This document shows positions 1 through 12,668 of a stretch of DNA of 64,000 nucleotides, in pieces; within the stretch, counting starts at the first letter, position 1; the number at the start of each line of letters is the position of its first letter. A program made the position numbers and the translations under genes. The notes under the pieces are model-generated. The model ran no database searches and was not told the DNA's origin. It saw only the letters and a list, made by a program, of their open reading frames with translations. The DNA comes from Octopus vulgaris (lineage: Eukaryota): positions 9,300,001 to 9,364,000 of the forward strand of contig OX597826.1 in the NCBI GenBank assembly GCA_951406725.2, read 5' to 3'.

Positions 1-343
1 ACTCATCACAATTTGTATATATGTTTGTGTAACCCTCGTAAACTCATAAAGGAGCATGTGTAACAATTATAGAGAAAATATTTGTGTGTGGATGTGTATA
101 TGTGTGTAAATATTGTTGGTATGTGTATGTATATATATATTTCCTTGGGGCTGGCCAGATTGGAGCAATCTCAAGTATAACCAGCTGAAATTGCAGAGAT
201 AATCTGGAACTTGACTGAGGATAGAAAACTCCAAATGATCCATTTTTGTTTTCCTTGTATCGATGTCTGGATATTTTGTTTCCCTTTTTTTGTTTCACCC
301 AACTGTCTGGATGTTTTGCGTTCTTGTCCCATTTTTGTATTTA

Positions 344-403
<60 letters not shown>

Positions 404-405
404 AG

Positions 406-682
406 AGCCGCAATGGCCTAGTGGTTAGGGCAGCGGTTGCAGGATCGCGGTTTCGATTCCCAGACCGGGCGTTGTGTGTGTTTATTGAGCGAAAACACCT
501 AAAAGCTCCACGAGGCTCCAGCAGGGGGTGGTGATCCCTGCTGTACTCTTTCACCACTCTTTCTTCTGTTGGCTTGCTCGCTTAGCCAGCGGGGTGGCGT
601 CATTCAAAGGCTAAAACAATGCATTGTGACCAGCGATGTGTAACAACATCTGATGGTCTGGTCGGTCATGTGATCATGTGAT
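406..682 (+). mobile_element. tRNA-derived SINE, family C head with GATCATGTGAT-type tail
   Basis: A box TGGCCTAGTGG and B-box-like GTTTCGATTCC; same head/body recurs on the minus strand at 15688-15531 and 49012-48850; inserted next to (TA)n. Confidence 0.85.
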
Positions 683-717
683 ATATAAAATAGAATTTTA
701 ATATTTTAATGAAGTAT

Positions 718-925
718 AAGGTGGCGAGCTGGCCAAATCATTAGCATGCTGGGCAAAATGCTCACTGGCATTTCATCCATCTTTACGTTTTGAGTTGAAA
801 TTCCACTGAGGTCAACTTTAGCTTTCGTCCTTTCAAGGTTGATAAAATAAGTACCAGTTGTGCACTGGGGGTGATGTAATCAGTTTACCCACCACTTGGA
901 AATTACTGGCCTTCTGCTAAAATTT
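718..925 (+). mobile_element. tRNA-derived SINE family A (degenerate copy; more than 15 copies in window)
   Basis: Shared consensus GGCGAGCTGGCAGAATCGTTAGC...GAGTTCAAATTCC...GACTTTGCCTTTCATCCTTTC...GATAAAATAAGTACCAGTT also at about 2975, 3615, 3840, 20036, 32950, 33330, 38298, 45438, 49035, 49270, 52183, 62938, 63165. Confidence 0.85.
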
Positions 926-2609
926 TAAAATTTGAAAATTTGAATGAAGTATGTATTTTATCTCTGATATTCTGTGTGTGTGTGTATGTAAGTCACCAGA
1001 ATAAGTAAGACTTTGGTGTGTGTGTGTGTGTGGTACCATTATAAGTGAATTGTTACTGTTTAACCCTAAGTTGATCCTGATTGAGAAGAACTATGATGAA
1101 AAATATTCCAGGCAGTGACCATTCTACAATTTTTATATCCGGGATGACATTGTCCAATGTACCCTTCTCTTTTTAAAGTAGTAGGTTGCAATTTGTGGAA
1201 ATGTGACTTCTATTTCCAGTTACTCAAGAGACTTCAAAGAGTTGTGTGGTATTTTTTTTTTTGCATCTTCTACGGGAAAGTATATTTCTCTCATCTTTGT
1301 GAATGTGCATAGAGTGTGTATGTTTGCAAGATACATATATATATATATACTTGTGTGTGTGTTAACTTTATAAATCAAAAAGAGAGTAGTCAAAAAAAAT
1401 ATAGAGAGAGTTTATCAGTGAGTACAAAAATTAGATTAATTGAGAGCAGGGTTTGACATTAGCTTATTGATAATCTTTTACGATGGATTAGTCTATGATC
1501 TTAAAGTAAATCTTACTTGATCTTTAGATCATATGCTTTAAGAATTTGTAAATTTCTTTTACTCTGTAACGATTTTTCTTCCACCTTTTTAATAACCAAG
1601 AATCCGCTCTGTTGGAACTCATATGGAATCTATAAATCTCTAGGCAATAAAAAAAAAAGAAAATATATATATATATTCAAAACTTATAATTGAAAACTAA
1701 TTGATGAAATAAGTGTCAAATTTATAGGCTGATGTTTAAATGGGTTAGTCTTTTGGAAAGATATTCTGATTATTCTGAACATTTGTGAGTGTGTGAACAT
1801 TAGTGCCTATGTGTATGTGTGAAAAGAAAAACGGTTTTCCTGGTTTTTATATTGATGATAATATTCTTTCTTCTATTAATTTAGAAAATATCTTCATATT
1901 TATTTTAATTTAGTGAGTCTTTTGAAAGTGAAGAAGGGTAATGAGAGAGATTTGCTGTTTTTGTTGTTGAACCTTTAGCATTTGATTGAGCAGCCTTCCA
2001 TCCATAACCACTCAGTTATTCTAGTTGTGACCACCCCATCTTATTTCTTCTTTTCAAATTGTGCATCTCTTACCATATTATCCAATGTATTCTTTCTTTT
2101 TTAAGAAAATGGTAGGGTGTGGTTTGCAGTTGGTTTGACTGTTGTTTCTAACATCACAAGTGACTTACATGGAAGCTCCTTTCCACTTCTCTAAATTGGA
2201 ACAAATCTGTTCATTAATTTCCTATAAAATAATTTTGGAGAATAAACCCCTTGAGAGAAGATGTCATGTTGACAAGTAAAATATGGTGACTGCAAGAGTT
2301 AAAAGTAATCTTATCCACCATCACAAACCCCTTAAGCTTCTACAGTTTGCTTTAAAAGCAAATTACAACCACATAAAATTTTCTTCAAGCTACAAATCGT
2401 TTTTTTTTTTCTTTTTCTTTTCCTGTTTGTAGAAAAAGGGTCTTGAAGTCAGTCAAATTAATCCCTTATTTTATCATTTAGGAAAGAATAAAATGATAAA
2501 GAGCAAAGTTGGCTCCTGTACTATTTGAAATTGCTTCTTTTTTTTTTTTTTATTCTGCTTTTTTGAAAAAATATTAGTTTAGTTTGACTTTGAAAGTCCT
2601 CAGAGACTT

Positions 2610-2910
2610 GCAAGATCAATACAATTAATGTTCCTCTTGAAGAGTTGCAAGCTGAATAATATGGAGTATGCCGGTGGAGGGAAGAATTCCACTAGGTCAA
2701 CATTTCTGGAGAGAAACTACTGGACAAGGGACTGGCACGAGGAGGGTGTTGGACACATTGGGGATGGCAAAAGAAACAGATAGAAGTGAAGTAGGAGTGA
2801 GAGAGTGGAGGTGGCATGAGATGACCTAATTCTGAAGAGCAGAGACCAACCATTGTAGTATTAGTAGAAAAGCAAAGTGAGGAAATAGCAGCTCTGTTGG
2901 GTAGCAAAAT
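2610..2910 (-). pseudogene. Decayed CR1/L2-group LINE ORF2 3' end
   Basis: Frameshifted translation NRAAISSLC..GLCSSELGHLMPPPL..HPQCV..WNS..LQLFKRNIN fits the C-terminus of CR1/L2-group ORF2; related remnant at about 6170-6520. Confidence 0.65.
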
Positions 2911-3354
2911 CTTTCAATCATGATATTGTACAGCATCTATCATCGTTCTCTATCTTGTCTTTGTTACCTTTAATAATCCTTTCTGTTAGAGGCACAAGGC
3001 CTGAAGTTTTGCAGGAGGAGACTAGTTGATTACATCGACCCCAGAATTTCACTGGTTCTTAATTTATTGATCCCGAAAAGATGAAAGGCAAAGTCGACCT
3101 CGGCAGAATTTGAACTCAGAATGTAGTCACGGGCGAAATACCACTTTGTTACCTTCAATAATAAAGATATTTTCTTCTATAATTATAAGGAACTCTTCTA
3201 TAAGTATTAGCACTATATATATATGTGTGTGTGTGTGTATGTGTATGTATGTATATATAACGAGGGTGATAAATTGGATATTAATTTAATTAATATCAAT
3301 TTAAAACCAGTAGCCTAGCATGTAGAAAAATCTGAAAAATGAGAAAAAATTGTA

Positions 3355-3488
3355 ATACATGCATATATTTAGGGATAATCACGAAGTCGATAACCAATAT
3401 GCCAGAAGATCTTCTTCTAGCATAGATTGTATGTGATCTTCTTCTAGCAAATTGGTTATCCACTTAGTGGTTATCCCTAAATATACGC

Positions 3489-3494
<6 letters not shown>
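3355..3494. repeat. Imperfect fold-back inverted repeat (~55-bp arms) between microsatellites
   Basis: ATACATGCATATATTTAGGGATAATCAC... versus ...GTGGTTATCCCTAAATATACGCATGTAT; GATCTTCTTCTAGCA occurs twice at the centre. Confidence 0.85.
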
Positions 3495-3527
<33 letters not shown>

Positions 3528-5884
3528 GCAATTAACATCAGTTTTGCAAACTCCGTTTGATAAGAGTTTCTTTTCACGATGTAGCACTTATCTCCCTAAT
3601 CATAATAATAGTCATAATTCTTTCAAATATAGGCACAAGGCCTGAAATTTTGATGGGGTTTAGTCAATTACATCAACCCCAACACTCAGCTGGTACTTAT
3701 TTTATCGACCTTGGAAGGATGAAAGTCTAAGTCAGCCTCTGCTGAATTGGAACTCAACATAAAAACAGACGAAATGCTGCTAAGCATCTTGTCCAGTGAG
3801 CTAACGATTCTGTCAGCTCATTGCCTTTCTCTTGCCAATAATGATGGTTTCAAATTTTGTCACAAGGCCAGCAAGTTCAGGGAAGTGGGGTAAGTAAATT
3901 ATATTGACTCCAGTGCTCAACTGGTACCTACTTTATCAACCTTGAGAGGATGGAAGACAAATAGACCTCAGTGGAATTTGAACTCAGAATGTAAAGACAG
4001 ATGAAATGCTGCTAAGCATTTTCCCTGGCATCTTAATGATACTATCAGCTCACCATTTTCATTTTGCCTGTAATAATGGACTCCTCCGTCAAAGATGACT
4101 TATGAATGTTTGGCTATTTTTGTTGAACGACCTTCGCAAACGATTTGCTTAAAATGATCAAAATGTATGTGCCGCACAATAGCTTGCTCCCTCCAAATCA
4201 ACATTGAACAGTGAACCACACATCAGGTGTCAAAGTGATCACAAAGTGATCACAAAGTGAGATGAATTGTTTCGCTTATTTTACCATTCTCAGAAGCAAG
4301 TTAAAAGTATGATCCCTGTACAACTAGAACTCAGACTATTATAAGAAAAAAATAACTAAGCGCTGCAAGGATTTTTGTTTGTCCTGATCTACTTAGAAAC
4401 TGATATCTGGCAAACCAGCAGAGTTGTGGACAAAATACTTAGTGGTATTTAGTTATTCCCCTGTATGTTCTGAGTTCTAATCTCACAATTGTCAACTTTG
4501 TTATGCTTTGGAGGTTGATAAATTAAGTCACACAAAAGTACAGGGGTTAATAAAAATCAACCGTAACTCTCCTACAAAATTTGTAGCAACATGTCCCATG
4601 GGCAACAGTTGACTTTATTTATAAGGACGGGCATGGCCTTGTGTTTAAGAACCTCACTTTGTAACGATGTAGTTTCAAGTTTGATATTGCTTAGCAGCTT
4701 GGGCAAGTATCTTCTACTATAGCTCCAAGCCAACCAATGCTTTGTAAGTGAGAATGGTTGACAGAAACTGTGTGGAAGCCTGTTATATATGTGGTGCAGG
4801 GTCCACCTCACCACTGCATGACAGCCCCCATAATTTAGTGGTTCGATAAAAGAGACCGCTACAACAAGCACCAGATTTTAAAATAAATACTGGGGTTGAT
4901 TTGACCAATTAAAACCCTTCAAGGTAATGCCCCAACATGGCCACAGTCCAATAACTGAAACAAGTAGAATATAAAAGATATTGCCTGTAATAGAAATTAT
5001 TATCCATTCAGCTGAATCAGACGCCATTATTTGTCATGAAATGATTCTCAAATGCATGGCATGACATCCTCCCAGCAGTGGGTCTCTCTACTCTATGGTT
5101 TTCTTAACAGTTGATCTCTCTACTGTATTATGCTCCCAATAGTGAATCTTTTTTTTTTATTGTTTGATACCGTAAATGGCAATGGTTAACATTCGTAATG
5201 ATTTCATGATTATGATACATTTGATGATTTATATATTATTTTATGTGATAATTTGTGAATAATAGCATTATTGAACTCCGATGGGATAATAACAGGCTCC
5301 CTGCTTTGTCCAGTGGTGAGTGTGACACAGCAGTGCCTAATTCAATCCAGAGCAAATACTGATACTGTAAAAGATATCATTTGTGAAACACTTGTTTTTA
5401 AACGTTTTTTTTCATTTCTTTTCTTCGTTGATATTTACATCCATAACTGGAATACATTGACAAAAGATAAACGAATGAATATACATACACACAACAGGCT
5501 ACCCCCAAGAGTCTGTCTATCAAATTTTAGCAAAGTATTGGTCATTCTGAGGTTATCAGAGAATATACTTGCTCTAACTGGAAACATCATTGTTGCAGAG
5601 CAAATTTTTTAACCAGGCCATCAACATAACAGAAAGGAAATGAATATTTACACTATTGATGCCTTTTTATAAGGCTTTGAATGCAGCAAATGAAATTACG
5701 CTTGTAGAAAATCCGAAGGTGGAAGTTTCTGTATGGTTGTTCCACCTACTAAAATGAACAGCCAGATTTCCCTCAGATTTCACCCAACCATCTTAGAAAC
5801 GGAAAAAGACTTATGTATCCAAAATAATGTAGTTCTGGATATATGATGCCTGAAAAAAAAAAAGACTAGATGATCACAGCAAAA

Positions 5885-6076
5885 CCCTTTGTGTTTAAAC
5901 CATATCCAATCTAAGTATTCTGTTTTATGTTTAGTCAGAGTAGATCTGGCCTCTCACACCTACCCTACAATGTCATTATAAAACTAAACAATCACCTCAA
6001 GATAATGCATGATTAATTTGAAACAATGTGGCTAAATGAGCATTGCATTTGACAGAGTAATCTGAATGCTAAAGGG
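5885..6076. mobile_element. piggyBac-like MITE (degenerate left end)
   Basis: CCCTTT...AATGCTAAAGGG followed by TTAA; homologous copy at 30575-30794. Confidence 0.65.
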
Positions 6077-7819
6077 TTAAACGTGTTTTTTTGTTTATTT
6101 CCTTTTAAAGTGTTTAATCAGTAGAAAGACCTTCACAGATTCTCTGGAACTGATGAGATTGATGTGGTAGATGTTCATCTTTGACAGTTGTCAGTCAGCA
6201 ACAGCAGGAAATATTTATACAGGAAGGTTTGACACTCTGGGGTGGAGAGATTGAGCTTTGTGGTTTGGTCGAGGAAGATGAAACAGAATGGAGGAAGAGG
6301 GATGGAGGCCTGCATGTCTCAGGCAGACATGGGTGGCAATGGTGGGCAATTAGTTAGCTTTCAGGAGCAGAGGCCAATGTGATTACTGCAGAGAAAGCAG
6401 TGTGAAGCAACAAGGTATTTGTGGATAATAGATTGATCATGTCTGCTGAATCAGGTCTTATCTCAGTCTAAGCAATAGCAACAGTAACAGTGCTCCAACC
6501 AGGCATCCTGTATATTGTAATATATTGTGACGATTTGGAAAAATAAAACAAAAACGAAAATAAGAAACATTGGAATTATTAAATGTGAAACGACCTTGGG
6601 TCTGAGCTCAGAATGTAATGGGACACAACTGAATACTTCAAGGTATTTTTGGTCACCACTATTGATTCTGCTATTCACTTGATACAAGAGTGGGAAATTT
6701 TCTTAATACTGTGAATGATAAAAGGGAAACTACATTTTGAAAACATGAAAGGTGAAAAAGTAGCTAGCATTGAAGGTATTTACTATGAGACAATATCTTC
6801 TGAGTGTGAACACTGCTCATCCACAGAAGCATAAGTGCAGGAACGAAATTTGCTTAAGGGGTGAAAACCCAGCTCCAGCCGATGATGTTCAAAATGTTTG
6901 CAGGACCCCACCACCACCACCACCACCACTACTCCCTGCCCTCAAGAATTTTAGGGAGTGGGCTTGCACCCCTCTTCACCACCTGTTCTTGGGCCTATGC
7001 ACAGAATAGGTTAGTATTTATTTTTATGATAATTCTGTTCTTGCAGTACCATTGTATAACCTAGGTGGAATTTGTTTTTAAATCTCAGAACATTCACTCA
7101 GAAACAAAGTGAAAGACAAGTCAAAGTTATATTAGGTATAGAAATAGTCTAACATTTGTATGTTTATTTTTGAGCAATACTTATGCCAGAATAGTAGGCT
7201 CAGTGAAGTAATACATCTTTTGACAACAACCATTGTACACCACTGGTATTGTCCAATGTGTGCAGGAGAATCAGCTATGTTGGTTGGTGGTAGACTATGC
7301 AAATAAACAGAACATGCTGCGTGCAAAAGTATTGTGAGTTGATGAGAAAGATGGCAGGCAAGTCTAAAGTAGAGAAAAGTGTTGAAGGCAGATATGAAAA
7401 CGATGTGTCATATGTGTCAAGTTGATACAGGACAGAGAAGAGTGAAAATATATTCCTATAATGTAGACCTGTCCAATACAGACGAGCGTGATCAATAGCA
7501 CAGTTGAATATTTTCTTATTTTTGTTACTGCTTTCAGTTATTGGACATGCTGGATCAAATTCCACCTTTGAGACATTTAGCCAGTTCTCTCCATCCCCAG
7601 AATTTATTTTAGTTTGGTATTTTATTGATCACTTTATCAAACAGCTAAGTCATCTTTTGATATACAGGAAAATAACTTCACAGACACAAACAACACACAT
7701 ACACACACAAGACACACATATGAAACAAAAATGAGCAAAGAAAGATAACTCAGAATGGCCATTGGCATATAAACAACATCTACAAATACAGTTACATCAA
7801 ATACCATCTCATTTCATCC

Positions 7820-8520
7820 CATCTTCTTCACCTACTTATTCCTGGGAGGATGTGGGGGTGGAATCCTTGAGCACATTTTCGATTGAGTCCTGTCAGAAGC
7901 AACCATCTCTAATTAATCCAGCTGGATCCTAAAAGTGGGACCAACTGAGCTCATGAATGTTATCCAACCATCTTGCTTGGAGTTTAACCCTGGGTCTCCT
8001 GCTGGTTGGTTTTGCTTGTAAAACCTGTCCAGCAATTCTTTCCTGAGACATTCTTATCTCTTTATTGCCCACAAGAGGCTAAACATAGAGGGGACAAACA
8101 AAGGGATTAAGTCAATTACATCGACTCCAGTGCATAAATGGTACTTATTTAATTGACTCCGAAAGGGTAAAAGGCTAAGTCGACCATGGCGGAATTTGAA
8201 CTCAAAACGTAGCGGCAGACGAAATACCGCTAAGAATTTCGCCCGGCATGCTAGCAATTCTGCCAGCTCGCCACCTTTTTCTTGAGACATTCTTACCACA
8301 TGTCTGTAGTACTGGAGCTGTGATCTCCCGATCTGGAGAAGTTGTAGCTCTGCCTGGAGCACCTCTCTGATCTCCAACTTATGCAGTCTACTGAGGAACA
8401 TTGCTTCAAAGACACTTCATAGGAACCCCATTTCAGCTGCTTGTATTTGCGACCATATTCTTTCAGTCATTACCCAAGATTCAAAGCCATAGGTAAAGGT
8501 AGGCATGAACACTGAATTTG
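7820..8520 (-). pseudogene. RTE-clade LINE 3' RT region, interrupted by SINE A
   Basis: Minus-strand frames give FMPTFTYGFESWVMTERIWSQIQAAEMGFL and LQIGRSQLQYYRHVVRMSQE, typical of RTE/Expander C-termini; homologous plus-strand fragment at 19550-19990. Confidence 0.8.
8054..8276 (-). mobile_element. SINE family A, full length, with target-site duplication
   Basis: Flanked by TGAGACATTCTTA on both sides; CpGs retained, so relatively young. Confidence 0.9.
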
Positions 8521-9029
8521 AAGATACTTGCACCTTCTAGACAACACCTGACTGCGCATACTATGACCTTCATACTTCTCTTTCCTTTGCGCCACCATCA
8601 CATCTATGCTCTGATCCTTGTTACTTGTGAGTATACCCTGGCACTTAACCATCTCACTCCTGCTCTCTCTTACACTTTTGGTGTTTCCTACTATCTCTTC
8701 CCTCTGACTGGGTAACCACATATCTTCTCTACAGGAACACATCTATTTCTGCCCTCATTCTTGCTCTCCCTCTCTTGCTGAGTAACCATGTATTTATACT
8801 ATAGCATGTACTATAGCAAGACACTTATTTCTGCCTCCCTATTTCTTGGCCACACTCTAACCTTTCATCATCTGATACTGGATCACCTCCTCCAATGCCC
8901 CCGCCATTATAGCAAGACACCTTTTTCTGCATCTCTGTATCTTTGTCACCCTCTAATCTTTCATCTTCTGACACAAGTTCCTCCCACTCAAATGCCCCTG
9001 CCTCTCTCATAATTCCTTGTCTTGCAAGT

Positions 9030-9310
9030 TATTTGGTGACCCTGCCAGTGCTGGTGCCACATAAAAAGCATCCAGTTCTCACTGTGAAGTAGTTGGTATT
9101 TGAAGGGCATCGAGTTGTAAAAATCATGCCAAAATTAACCTTACATGTGCTAGTACCATGTAAAAAGCACTGAGTCCACTCTGCAAAATAGTTGGTGTTA
9201 GGAATGGCATCCAGCCATAAAAACCCTCCCAAAACAGACAGAGTAGCATAGGGTAGTTTTTCTACCTGGCCAGCTCCAGTGAACTGTTCCACCCATGCAT
9301 GGTTGGTGGA
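9030..9310 (+). mobile_element. Family D RTE-type 3' tail element
   Basis: AAAAAGCAC...GTGGTTGGCATTAGGAAGGGCATCCAGC...AACCCATGCCAGCATGG motif, ending in (GAT)n in other copies (19040-19315, 20827-21250, 22270-22641, 23903-24220, 25260-25420, 25838-26022, 32695-32920). Confidence 0.75.
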
Positions 9311-9389
9311 GTCCAATACCTACATTGAATGGTTTTGATTTAGTACCATTTATTCGAGCACAAATACTTCAAGGGACTTCAAGACAACA

Positions 9390-9620
9390 AGAACCTGTCC
9401 ATTGATCCCATACTTCTGCAGAATGTTTTATAACAACTCCTGTGAAAGACTGGCAAAGAGATGTAGGGATACTACTGAGTCCATGCTAGCTGATGAACAG
9501 AGTGGTTTTCTCCTCAGATACAGCACAGTAGACCAAGCAGTCAACTTCAGCAAGCCTTCGAGAAATCACAGGAACATTGCCAAGAATTGCATGCTTGTTT
9601 TATAGGCCTCAAAAAGGAAT
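9390..9620 (+). pseudogene. Non-LTR reverse transcriptase fragment
   Basis: LADEQSGFLLRYSTVDQ matches the RT motif L..EQ.GFR..RST.DQ. Confidence 0.7.
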
Positions 9621-9824
9621 CAAATACAACAGAACATAAATTCTTGATTTATTAAAATCATCTTTACCTCTAGATGGTGAGTCACAATTACAAAATGCCA
9701 ATTGAGAACGGCTCTGTATGAGGAAGGGAGATAATCTCACAAGTCAGAAATGCTCAAAAGTCAACATGCCATTAAGAAAGAGACCAGGCTTATTATCTGG
9801 AGATAGTATATTATATATATATAT

Positions 9825-9919
9825 CATCATCATCATCATCGTTTAACGTCCGTTTTCCACGCTAGCACGGGTTGGACGGTTCGACCGGGGTCTGGGAAGC
9901 CAGGGGCTGCACCAGGCTC
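9825..9919 (-). mobile_element. Young, heavily 5'-truncated family D tail inserted in (TA)n
   Basis: CpG-rich copy with (GAT)n tail on the minus strand; TA repeats on both sides. Confidence 0.75.
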
Positions 9920-10641
9920 ATATATATATATATATGAGGCTCACAAAATCAACTGTACACTTATTTTGATCGCTATATGCAATGTTTTCTGTTTCTGAAA
10001 GTATTCATTTAAAATTCTCTCTTTATATATATATGTATATATACACACACACACATGCATAATTACACTACAGCTATTCATATGGTTTTGAAATGCTTCA
10101 ATTATGGATTAATGAAGGAACAATATCTAAATTATTGCTTCCTTAAATATTTTAGTGCAAAACTGATATTTGGCAAGTTTCCAAATCAAACCATCAACCA
10201 AATAAGTCATTCGTTCTTTTCCCAAACCATCCAGTGAATTCAACCAGTCAACTATTCTCTTGGTGACTGTAACTCCGTATGTGTGGTCTGTCTGTCTGTC
10301 AGTGTGCACATGCATGTAAATGAAGCTACATACTCATTGCATTATAGTAAAAGTGTCGAGTATTCTATATACACTTGTGCATTTAAGATAGTTCTTAGAC
10401 AGACATTGTGGACTTTTGAATTACTGGTACAGCTCATCTGACTAGCTTCTACAGTTTTCTTCTACAAATTTCACTCATAGGACTTGAGTCAACTTGGCTC
10501 AGTGATAGATGCCATTTTCCCATATATGTACTTGCGTACACATATGCATGTGCACACACATTCATACATACATATATATGCATGCATATATATATATATA
10601 TATATATGCTTTATTTAAAAGCAGCAGAAATTCAACAAAAC

Positions 10642-10679
10642 CTGTTACTCTGAGTTTCACGTTCTCGTTCGTCGGACAG
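10642..10679 (-). ncRNA. Minimal type-I hammerhead ribozyme, U4C core variant (left arm)
   Basis: Exact reverse complement of 10718-10755. Confidence 0.7.
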
Positions 10680-10717
10680 TTTTTGTTAAAAAAAAACAAA
10701 AAAAACAAAAACAAAAA

Positions 10718-10755
10718 CTGTCCGACGAACGAGAACGTGAAACTCAGAGTAACAG
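10718..10755 (+). ncRNA. Minimal type-I hammerhead ribozyme, U4C core variant (right arm)
   Basis: ctgt-CCGACGA-acg agaa cgt-GAAA-ctc a gag-TA-acag; stems I, II and III all pair. Confidence 0.7.
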
Positions 10756-11509
10756 GTTTTGTTGAATTTCTGCTGCTTTAAATAAAGCATATTACTCTAC
10801 CCCTGGTATTTGAGTACTCTTTTTTCCACCTTGTTTCACATTTATGTGTTTACTCCGGTATATATATATATATATATAAAATATTATATACATACACACA
10901 CACAGATGCATATATATATGTGTGTGTGTGTGTGTTGTATCTGTCCCACATCTCTTCCTAAATCTACTGGGGCTTTTTGATGGCTTTATTATTGAAGTAG
11001 CACCAACACCACCATGACCATTAGTCTCAGCATCACTGCCACAATGATCACCGGTGCCAACGCCACCATGGTCACCAATGCTTGTACTAACACTGGCATC
11101 CTACAGAGAGTGAGTTGACTGAAATGCCAAGAGAACGTTGAGATAGCTAGACTTACACTATAGGAATTATTGCCAAAACTATTTATCTTATTTTACTATT
11201 AATTTGTATTCCCTAGATAACATATTGAAGATAAATCTATAATGACCAAGTTGCCCATACACACACACGTGTATGTAAACATACACACATACACAGATGT
11301 ATGCATAATTCTGTGAACAAGCTGTCCATGCACACACACACACACTCATTCATGAACGTGTATATAAATCTACAATAGCCATTTTGTCCAGGCATATATG
11401 CACATATATACAGATGTAAACTCACACACAGGCTCATTGACACACACACACACACGATCTCTCTGTGTCTCTTTCTCTCTCTCAGAAATCATCGTCAGCA
11501 TTTGGCTCT

Positions 11510-11960
11510 GTTTAATCATGCCTGTATGTGTTGGATGTGGTCATCTTTAGCACAGCATCTCACCACTTGTTACTGTCCTTTGACATCTCTTTCATGAGGT
11601 CCAGCTACTTGGGATCAGCTTTCACAATTTCGTCCCATATTTTCCTTGGTTCTTCCTCTTCCCCATGTTCTTCCCACTTGGATCACTTGGCTCTTCTTTA
11701 TCCAACTGTCATCGTCTCTTTGCTTCATATGCCTGTGCCAGCTCAGTCTTCTCTATTGCATACTCCATCTGATATATCTATATATCCAGTTTTTCTTTCA
11801 GCTCATCTGTGCTCTGCCATCCATGCACGCTGACATTACACATCCAGCAAAGTATGCTCACTTCACTTCTTTCCAGTCTTTGCACATGCTTCACATTAAA
11901 TACTCATGTTTCTCTATCATGAAACATTGCACTTCCTACACAAGCATCATACAATCGACC
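11510..11960 (-). pseudogene. RTE-like LINE 3' fragment
   Basis: Minus strand has the G.RGRGRP.KTW.E.V..D-like terminal motif (GGGAAGAGGAAGAACCAAGGAAAATATGGGACGAA); homologous to plus-strand 18700-19040, which runs into a family D tail. Confidence 0.65.
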
Positions 11961-12269
11961 CACCAGTCAGAGAAATGATCAGAGAAGCAATCTGTTTGTT
12001 ACTAACAGAATAATTGTTACCTGAATGTTTTGCATTCTGTTCTTACTCAAGCTGCTCGGCTTTTGGAACACTTGCCTTCACTTCTAGTTAGGTCACTTGG
12101 GTCACAGAAATTGTCAACTACTTCTAGAGAACTCTCTGAGCATTTGAAGAATATCATGTTATGGATGATCATAATACTAACAATTCATGTGTATCTACTA
12201 AATTCAGTCCTTCTTCTCAGCCACTGTATTCTCACCATACCACTTGCACAGTTTACAATGGGTACACAA

Positions 12270-12430
12270 TATGAATGTGTTAAGTAGATTGCTTATGAAC
12301 CACATGGTTCTGGGTTCAGTCCCACTGCGTGGCACCTTGGGCAAGTGTCTTCTGCTATAGCCTCAGGCCGACCAAAGCCTTGTGAGTGGATTTGGTACAC
12401 AGAAACTGAAAGAAGCCCATCGTATATATA

Positions 12431-12473
<43 letters not shown>

Positions 12474-12668
12474 ATATGTTTGTTCCCCCGACATCGCTTG
12501 ACAACCAATACTGGTGTGTTTACGTCCCCGTAACTTAGCGGTTCGGCAAAAGAGACCGATAGAATAAGTACTAGGCTTACAAAGAATAAGCCCTGGGGTC
12601 GATTTGCTCGACTAAAGCTAGTGCTCCAGCATGGCCACAGTCAAATGACTGAAACAAGTAAAAAGAGT
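12270..12668 (+). mobile_element. tRNA-derived SINE family B (CORE-like segment, central microsatellite)
   Basis: GGGTTCAGTCCC B box, GCACCTTGGGCAAGTGTCTT segment, (TA/TG)n middle, GCATGGCCACAGTCAAATGACTGAAAC tail; copies at 23338-23716, 25437-25835, 33615-33908, 43318-43928, 44605-45008, 47966-48195, 61665-62055, 62290-62735. Confidence 0.9.

Larger units (their letters stand above)
10604..10860 (+). mobile_element. Penelope-like terminal fragment: near-perfect ~84-bp fold-back plus 3' extension, inside (TA)n
   Basis: Arms 10604-10687 and 10710-10792 differ by one indel; hammerhead motif in each arm; AATAAA downstream. Confidence 0.75.

Noticed and set aside
5674-5718. Possible 45-nt exon (ALNAANEITLVENPK)
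   Set aside because: Weak donor (GTGGAA) overlapping a family F repeat; no recognisable protein or partner exons.
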